A stretch of 64,000 bases of DNA from Tubiluchus corallicola (lineage: Eukaryota > Animalia > Priapulida). Made by a program: the position numbers and the translations under genes. A model generated the notes under the pieces. It saw only the letters and a program-made list of their open reading frames with translations. It had not been told where the DNA came from and made no database searches. The DNA lies in the NCBI GenBank assembly GCA_030141605.1, contig JAQGDQ010000147.1:434001-498000 (forward strand), given 5' to 3'. Below are positions 56,206-64,000 of this stretch, in pieces (the stretch's first letter is position 1; each line of letters starts with the position of its first letter).

Positions 56206-59004
56206 TCCTCCCTCTCTCCTGTCGATCTAAAACTGAAACGTTTGTTTTATTTATTTATTTTATTTTAAATTTAAATCAATGCATATACCACTATACAAAC
56301 AATTAAGAAATGAAGTATATAAAACTATCTACAAAAGACAAACACGGTAAAAAGGAGTATGGGTTAGTAATAATAAATATAGAAGTTAGCAGTAAGTTCC
56401 AGTATTGGAAGTACAATGATTTACATCGAATGTATGCATCAGTTATACAAGATAAAATGATAGTGCTGCTATTTAAAGTCCAATTTATTAGTCTAAAACA
56501 CAGTTACTTTAAGACCTTAAAATAATCAGTATGACTGCATGCACAAATCACAGGCGCATGCCTACCGTATTCATATTTAAAAACTTTCGGAGGTAATATT
56601 GTGCAAAGAGCAAGGTTTTGCTAGACTGCAACTTATATACAATAGCTAGATGTTAATACAATAGAAACCAGAATAGTAAGATCTAAAAAATATGATTTAG
56701 TATTACGTGAGCAATAATGAAGTCTTGTGTACAGTACATTTGCACTCACATGAAACAAAGGTAATTGATTAGCAATATCTTTAATCCCCAGTGTAGTCAC
56801 ATGATAATACATGTCCCAAGTTTTTTTCACTGTTACTATATTCAATTAGCTTGCTACCCATAAATACACTGCCAAATCATACATTTGATTTCACTGGCGC
56901 TAACAACTGTGTCGTATGTGCCGAGTATTCTTTACAACGACAAGACACAAAGAACTTTTATGTATTTGATCACAAAGGGTGTAATTGCTCTATAAATCTA
57001 CATTCTACAGCAGTGTAAAATGAATAACAACAATGCGCCATTTTATAGGAAATCTTTGACACAAGTAATTACAGGAGAGAATTCTTATTAGGCAAGTTTC
57101 ATGCACATTTCGGATACATGGTCAGTATAGGCGGATTTAATGAAGGCGAAAATCGGATTTTTGTACTTATCTAAAAGTTTTTCCTAACAAAAAGGAAATT
57201 TTACTGATTTAATCGTTAAAAGTGTTAAGAAAGGCTATAAACTCAGTCTGAGTGGAATCATTGCGCTAACAAAAATTATGACGTCACCGAATTCGGATAA
57301 CAGCGAAACTGGTCGTGCTGTACATGGACTGAGGAACAAACCAACAGCACAACACTTTCACTGCAGCTTGCGACGATATTTCGCTTCATTGTGTCACCGA
57401 ATATTTGACCTAGTGCCTGACATGACGGCTGAGTTGAGTTGAACAATGTATTGAGAGTAAAAGTCTAATTAACGTATACAGTTTATATTCGCATTTAATA
57501 GGACAAGTCGATATTTTTCGCGTGCACCCGCGGGCGATGGAGAAAGTCCGTTTGACAAAAACTGCGACAAAATTCAACACAGTCCATATTTAGCTAACGT
57601 TTTGTCAGGTGCTAATTATGTATTTATGACATAAAATAACCATTATTCTCAGAAATAAACAAATGCCGCTTACGCATGTCTCACGAAACACCGAAAAAAG
57701 AAAATGTCTTAGCAGGTCAGAAATTAGAAATTCTGACATCTTTTCAGGATTACATACATACCTAGGCAAATTAGATTTTTTCGTATCTTACGTGATTCTC
57801 CAATTAGAAATAAATTACCACAAATGCAAATAAAATGCAATTTCAATATCGAAAAACGTTGAGTCTATTGTTTTACATGTAGGTCGAATTAAGTTATAAT
57901 TAATGCAATCTACGATAAAGACTATAAATATATACAACGAAAAGGTAATCTGAACATGATTCTTTAAAAAGTAATGCCATGCGCGAAAAGTGAATGTTAT
58001 TGCAATTTTCTGTCACTATTGTTCCTTTAAATAAAATGTCTGGCAAATTCTACATTGTAAACTAAATTCAGCCCATTTATGAATTCTTTTAAAACTAATT
58101 TAATAGATTTGATTTGTTGTTGAGCGTTGTATGATTGTATGAATGTACACACACACATATAAATCTTTATAAAATGAATGTCGTAATATTTGATAAAAGC
58201 GTTACAAAAGATATCCATCAGTGTTAGTAGACGAGCATACACTATTTAAGTCAAATGCGATAGGTTAGTAATCTAAAAAAAGTTAATTTGCTATTTTAAA
58301 AACTAAAATTTACAAATTACATCTATACACATAGTTTGGTGCAAATACATCACAATCAGTTAACGAATCACAATTTTTCTGAACATTTTAAGACAAAAAC
58401 AAATAATAATAATACAATTGTCCTAAGAACAATACAACTCACATACTATTGCAACATTAAAAAATTTAAACCAAATACTTAATACATTACAACATATGAA
58501 GTCACAGTATAAGCATTATACCACATTAAAACACTATAGACAAATTTAGATGGGTAGGTAGATAGGGCGAGGTACGTAAAATTACTGTGTTGTTGTATGG
58601 TACCTTGGCACGTAGAATAATTATATTGTGACAATACGTGCGTTTCTAATTTCTAGTTTCTAGTTTAACTTGGTGCACTTTTCTACACCTCGGCATCTTC
58701 AACTATTTTACGAGAGAGCCTGATAAGTGAACCAGAATTTTAAAGATCGGTAACAAAAGTGCAAATAAATTTATGAAGCTATTGGACATATAAGAATCAA
58801 ATTTTGGAAATCTATCCGTAACTGGAACAGTAATCTGATGAGTTTGCCTGCGATTTTGTTGAAATTTACGATATTGAGTTGTCTGGTCAGGTTTTTTTTA
58901 GATTCACTCTAGATTGGTGCTTATACAGCCTGAACAAACCAGATTCTTCAACAGTTCCTCATAAACGCATACTTGTCCAAAAGAACGAAAATGTGAAAAA
59001 GTCG

Positions 59005-59083
59005 CGGCAGAGCCTGGATTTGAACCAGGGACTTTCTGCTTACAAGACATGACTACAAGACTATTTTGCTCCAGTGCTCTGTC
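59005..59083 (-). pseudogene. tRNA-like sequence (tRNA pseudogene or SINE head, Thr-TGT-like loop)
   Basis: B box GGTTCAAATCC in a CCTGG/CCAGG T-stem, CAGAG/CTCTG acceptor-like pairing, CTTGTAA loop; D and anticodon stems pair poorly. Related B-box fragments near 8950 and 2705. Confidence 0.5.
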
Positions 59084-62000
59084 GCACAAGTCGATAATTA
59101 CGGGCTCATTCTACCAATAATCATAATATCGAAATTCATCTTGAATCTTTTTGTTTCCCACATTAGAAAATCCAGTTGCAGTTGTGCAATTTATGTGTAA
59201 GCACATGCAACTTGTTTGCAAAGGTATGACTGGTTCTTTCCTTTTCACTGAAGAAAACAGTGACCCAGATTTGATTCCTGTACCAGTGCGTGTCGCCGTG
59301 ATCTTGAACTAATCGTCTCATGGCAAGCCTGCTTTCATCTTCTTACCCCAGGCGTTTATTCAATTTGTCTCTTCCAAAATCAGCATGATTTATATGTGAC
59401 AAGCTACAACGTGTTATGCAGCACCGTAGCAGTCTCTTCATGGTACGGGTGTTAGTGCGAAGGTTTCTGTTATTGTCTCCTATTTATGCATATTTTGAAC
59501 ATGCCTCGCATGAGTAATGTCGTTTTCCGTGTCACGCAAGTTAGTGACGGCAAGTCAAAAGTTTTAGTTAGTGAAAAGTTATTTTGGTAAACTGGGAAAA
59601 TTATCATTAAAGCATAACATGGAAAAATTATATATTTTTATACAGTTTGACACAGGCAAAACGAAATCCACATCTCAGCAGTTAAGCTTATTCAATATGT
59701 TTGCAAGGGACCAGAATCTAGCCATTTACAAACATAGCATTGATGAAATGCTATTTTCCTACATTAAAAACTGCAATTCTCGTATAACATACCATGACAT
59801 AATATATATTTTTATGCACCTCAGCACTCTGCAAATGGACATCTGTTAACGGCAAGGTTTACATAATGTAGATAGTTGTGGAGGGACCGTAAATCATTAG
59901 CCCTTTCAAAAAGGACTAGTATGACATGACAAGATATGACATGAAATGTTGTATGGATTGGCTTGGCATACTTACATGTAACATGCTAACGATAACGCAG
60001 GGTAAACAAACTACCATGAAAATGCTAGACAATGGGACGTTTGTCAATTTTCTTCACCGTCACTGTTTTCCAATTTGTTAGCATTTTATGCATGTGAATC
60101 AAAGAACATTCCGTTGTTTAAAAAATATAGTTAGAACGGGTTGACATATTCTAAGTACTGGGTTGTTTCAGTAGCTTAATATATCACCAACCAAAACCAT
60201 AATTTCGTAATTACTTTAATTGCGGCTCATTAGACTGCGTTGTCTATAAAACTGAATGCCAAGTTGTTAAAAAGTAGGCTACCAATAAATTTTATAACTA
60301 CGAATTGATCACTCTATAACTATCATTGTAACTCTTCTCGGTGTTAGTTCAGCTATAAATTGATCATTATAAGTGTTTTAATAATTTTTTGGGGTAGTTT
60401 GGATAATTTCGTGCAATAAAGTATTTTCAGTAATTTATGAAAAAAAGCTCAATCATTTTGATAATAAGGCAGGAATTTGTAAACGGTTTGGACTACTAAA
60501 CGCGCTGATATGTTACTTCTGATTCCACAGCAATCGCGTCCACGTACGAGGTAAATAAAATTTCAAAAAATGTAAACGTAGTAACAGGTATTGTGCTAAA
60601 ACTTAATTGTATTTTTTGCGAGTTTTCTGTACTTTGCTGCATCACTTTCAAAAATGCTGCTTCACGAATGAATATAAAAAAGGAAAAAAGAAACAAAAAT
60701 GAAATTACCAAATAAATAAATTTATTTATTAACTAATTAACAGATAACAAATAAATAAATAAACGGTTATTAAAGCCGAACAACAACACTATACATATTT
60801 CGATATAATCAAAAAAATTTCTGACGTTGTTACCTTACCTGTATTTAAGCTTTTAGGTCAGAAGAAAAAACAATGCTGTTGTAGTGTAACTACAACTTAT
60901 CCTGCGCCTATGTGCTTAAGCCCTGATTACATTTGTTAAATACCCTCACGGTAGAGTTAAATTCGAAATCAGTAAACTCAAGAATTTCCATAGGTCAAAT
61001 CTGAAATTCTTTCTACTTTTTAGAGATAACCAGTATCAACATAGTACTTGCTTTATCTGTGTGCAGGTCTTTTAAAACTGTTGTCGTTGAGCCAATTGTT
61101 AACTTATCTATTTCAAATTGCGGTCATTTCAGAAAGCTGATGCGGTTTTTTACGTCAAAGACAACAAATATCAACTGCTAAGTTGCGTAAATGATTGAAC
61201 TCTCTATAGATAAAAATGAAACTAAAGATATTGTAATACATAGCTAAACTCATGCCTTTTATACTCACATTACAGGTCATTAATTTTGTTGAAAGATCTG
61301 AAACATTTTTTTTATAGAAGTCGCGTTCAAAATGAGCCAAACAAGCGGTGTTTCGATTACGACCTCTTCTGATATTCCCAGGATTCGGTTATAATTAATT
61401 AATTAATTAATTAACTAATTAAGGAAGCAAGTACTGACACTAATAAAAACTCCTACTCTTTAGGTAGCACATCACAAATAATTAATTAACGATTTATATC
61501 ATTTAATAACCAATTTATTTTGCAATTTTTACATAAAGCTAAAAAATCGTTTTGAAATTTTGCATCACCAATTTGTTGTCTTTCTGCACACATAGCTTAC
61601 ATTAGCAATAACACTGAATAAAACTGGTAAACTCAAACTCCCGTGTTGACAGTTAGGCGTAGCCATTTAACAATCAGTCATTGAATAAAGAAAGAAAGTA
61701 AGTTCAGATAACATTGCGTGAAATTCGAAAAAACATTCAGAGCATTTGTAGTGCACACTTCTCTAACTAAGTAAAAATATAAATTCCTTATTTGGTCAAT
61801 AAGATTGATATATGTGTTTTTTTTTATGAACAAGTGACGTTTTGCACTAGGTACGAACATTTTAAATTACTAAGTACTAAGAACTTAACTTTTCCAGTTT
61901 TTCAAACAGGTATGGAAAGTTTTTTGGGATATACTTTAAATTTCTCCTTTCTTCCCTTTAATGTATAATTATTATTAGATTTACAGGAAATCAAGTTGAC

Positions 62001-62617
62001 TGATATCAATACATCAATGATATGCATTACTAAATATTTCATTCTGTCAAGAAGTATTCTCCAATGGACCAATCAGACTCTTACTGAAGGTATTATCTTG
62101 TTATGACACCACCAACATGTATGGAAAACCTTTCGCATGCTGTCTAACGGTACTCTACAGTCAATCTCCTACAGACGTAGCTCACACTTACTCTTATTAT
62201 GGGTCAGTCATACTTTATCGCATTCAAAATCTATTCAAGAAATACTATAACCGATTTCATTGCATTCAATTTGAAACGTACAGAAAATTGGTGACATGTA
62301 AAGTAAATAGTGATATGCAAAGCTACGTTACTTTGGTGCTGACAGTAAAAACCATTAGCCCTGTGGCCGTTACCAATTCAGCGCTTTTGGTTCCACGTGT
62401 CATCAAAGAAACATAAAAATATCTGTGTTTGTGACACACCAATTAGTGTCAAACAAGTCGCACTATACCAGGTACATGCCACCAAACTGACTTAACCCAC
62501 AAGTGAAAATTAGTCGCTTTTTCAACAAAAGCTAATAGGTGCAAATGTCACTCAGTTTAGTCCTTAATGGGCGAAGTGCTCTCATTTTAAAGAGGTTGAA
62601 GTGGGGCCATTTTTGGG

Positions 62618-62702
62618 TATATAAGCGTCCACGTAACAGTTATTTTCTGTCACTTTCCCTTTCTCTTTTATCACTAGAGGACGTCATCACAAGTTAACAT
62701 TG
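62618..62702 (+). promoter_or_regulatory. Putative TATA box, initiator and non-coding first exon of the plus-strand Gly/Tyr gene
   Basis: TATATAA 62618-62624, TCACTT 62650-62655, donor TG|GTAAGT at 62702/62703, acceptor ttttgtag|G at 63333, six nt before the ATG. Confidence 0.62.
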
Positions 62703-63338
62703 GTAAGTACGAATTTCGTATAGTCAAATGAAGTATGCATAAACTTTTTTCTCACAAGATTGTTTTGCTATTGCGCAACGGTATTTTTATGATCATACAC
62801 AGATGGATAACTTTTATAAAAGCGTATTTATTCAGTAAAACAAAAAACATTTTTCAAAATTTCTCATTTTCCCAGACAGATGGGGCGCTTAGTATCATAA
62901 AGGACCCATCATAACTGATATCAGACAGCGAATTAATAAACATAGTCCTATGAAAATGTTTTAGAATGTATTATAGCACATTGTTTTAGAATATATTGAA
63001 GTATTGTAGCACATTTACTATTGTTCCATATATCAACATCAATTTTTGTACTGTTGATGTTTTAGACGTTTTAACTTGCTAGGTTTACCGCATCAACCAC
63101 AAAATTTCTTGACAAGCAGAAGTTCTTTGTGCAGGGAAAAAACGTTTCGATGTACGTAATTTTTTGTGTACGTCAATACTATTTTTCCTTAGCGTAGAGC
63201 AACTGCTTTGTTGGACATAACTAATAACACCCTCTACGTGCATCGTTAGTTAATGCTGCCAAACTTTACTATTATGTAATTATTATTATTATTATGTATT
63301 ATTATGTAAAGTATTACAATTTCATTTTGTAGGCAACA

Positions 63339-64000
63339 ATGAAGTTGTTACTAGTACTGGGACTAATTTTCACGGTAAGCAATAAACATACAGTTTATAG
63401 AATGTATATACCATATTTGTCGTGGCATTCTCTTTATCGCGTCATCATCATCATCACCACCACCACTACCGCCACCGCCACCACCATCACCACCTACACC
63501 ACCACCACCACCACCACCACCACCACACAATTTTGCAAGTTACCACACAAGTATTTTAAAAAATATACAATAAATAAGCTTGGCGCCTTCCTTTCATGAA
63601 ACAGAAGCTCCGAATTTCGTTTTGCAAGGAAAAATTTTCTGGCAAAACTCATGACATCTATTTTGCAACTACACTTGAGACTAATAATGATCTAAAACTC
63701 TCTGTTGAGCTTCGAACCGTAAACCTCTCAACTAATAATGGTGCTGAAAAATTAGCAATGTTTAAATAGCTAGAAGTAATAAATACATTTTTTGCTTTGC
63801 AGTTGAGTAGAGTAGACTCCAGTGGTGTAAGTTTTGGTACTGGTGCTGGCTACGGAGGCGGTGTAGGCTATGGTGGCGGTCTTGGATATGGCGGTGGTGC
63901 AGGCTACAGTGGTGCGAATTATGGTGGTCAACCGTACGATGTTACATACGACAAGGGTTCCTACGGCGCTCATCTGAAAGCGGCTTCTGGAGAAAAAGCT
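63339..64000 (+). CDS. Secreted Gly/Tyr-rich protein, 3' truncated by the window end
   Basis: Exons 63339-63374 (MKLLLVLGLIFT, donor GTAAGC) and 63803-64000+ (LSRVDSSGVSFGTGAGYGGGVGYGGGLGYGGGAGYSGANYGGQPYDVTYDKGSYGAHLKAASGEKA); phase-0 intron; frame open to the end of the window. Confidence 0.85.
63442..63525. repeat. (CAT)n(CAC)n tract in the intron of the plus-strand Gly/Tyr gene
   Basis: Directly visible. Confidence 0.9.

Noticed and set aside
59005-59083. Functional tRNA-Thr gene
   Set aside because: D arm and anticodon stem pair poorly; kept only as a tRNA-like relic.

Overview
AT-rich, intron-containing animal (invertebrate-type) genomic DNA. (1) A large + strand gene, whose 5' end is not identifiable in the window, with 19 coding exons from 3286 to 45290. 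It encodes two duplicated EGF/Cys-module/pentraxin/EGF/EGF units, then a single 8.76-kb terminal exon with about 70-75 EGF repeats, a WAP domain, a transmembrane helix and a short tail. (2) Inside one of its introns, on the opposite strand, a complete and very young BEL/Pao LTR retrotransposon (22597-30343; 422-bp LTRs with one visible mismatch; GGTAC target-site duplication). Its single uninterrupted ORF carries an apparently intact, intronless glycogenin (GT8) catalytic domain fused in frame into the N-terminal half of Gag, behind a SAP-like motif. This is the standout observation. (3) Two divergently transcribed genes for secreted Gly/Tyr-rich proteins with matching exon layouts. (4) Decayed LINE fragments, Tc1/mariner-type MITEs, tRNA-like fragments and microsatellites. 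All exon models and alignments were made by eye; no database searches were run.
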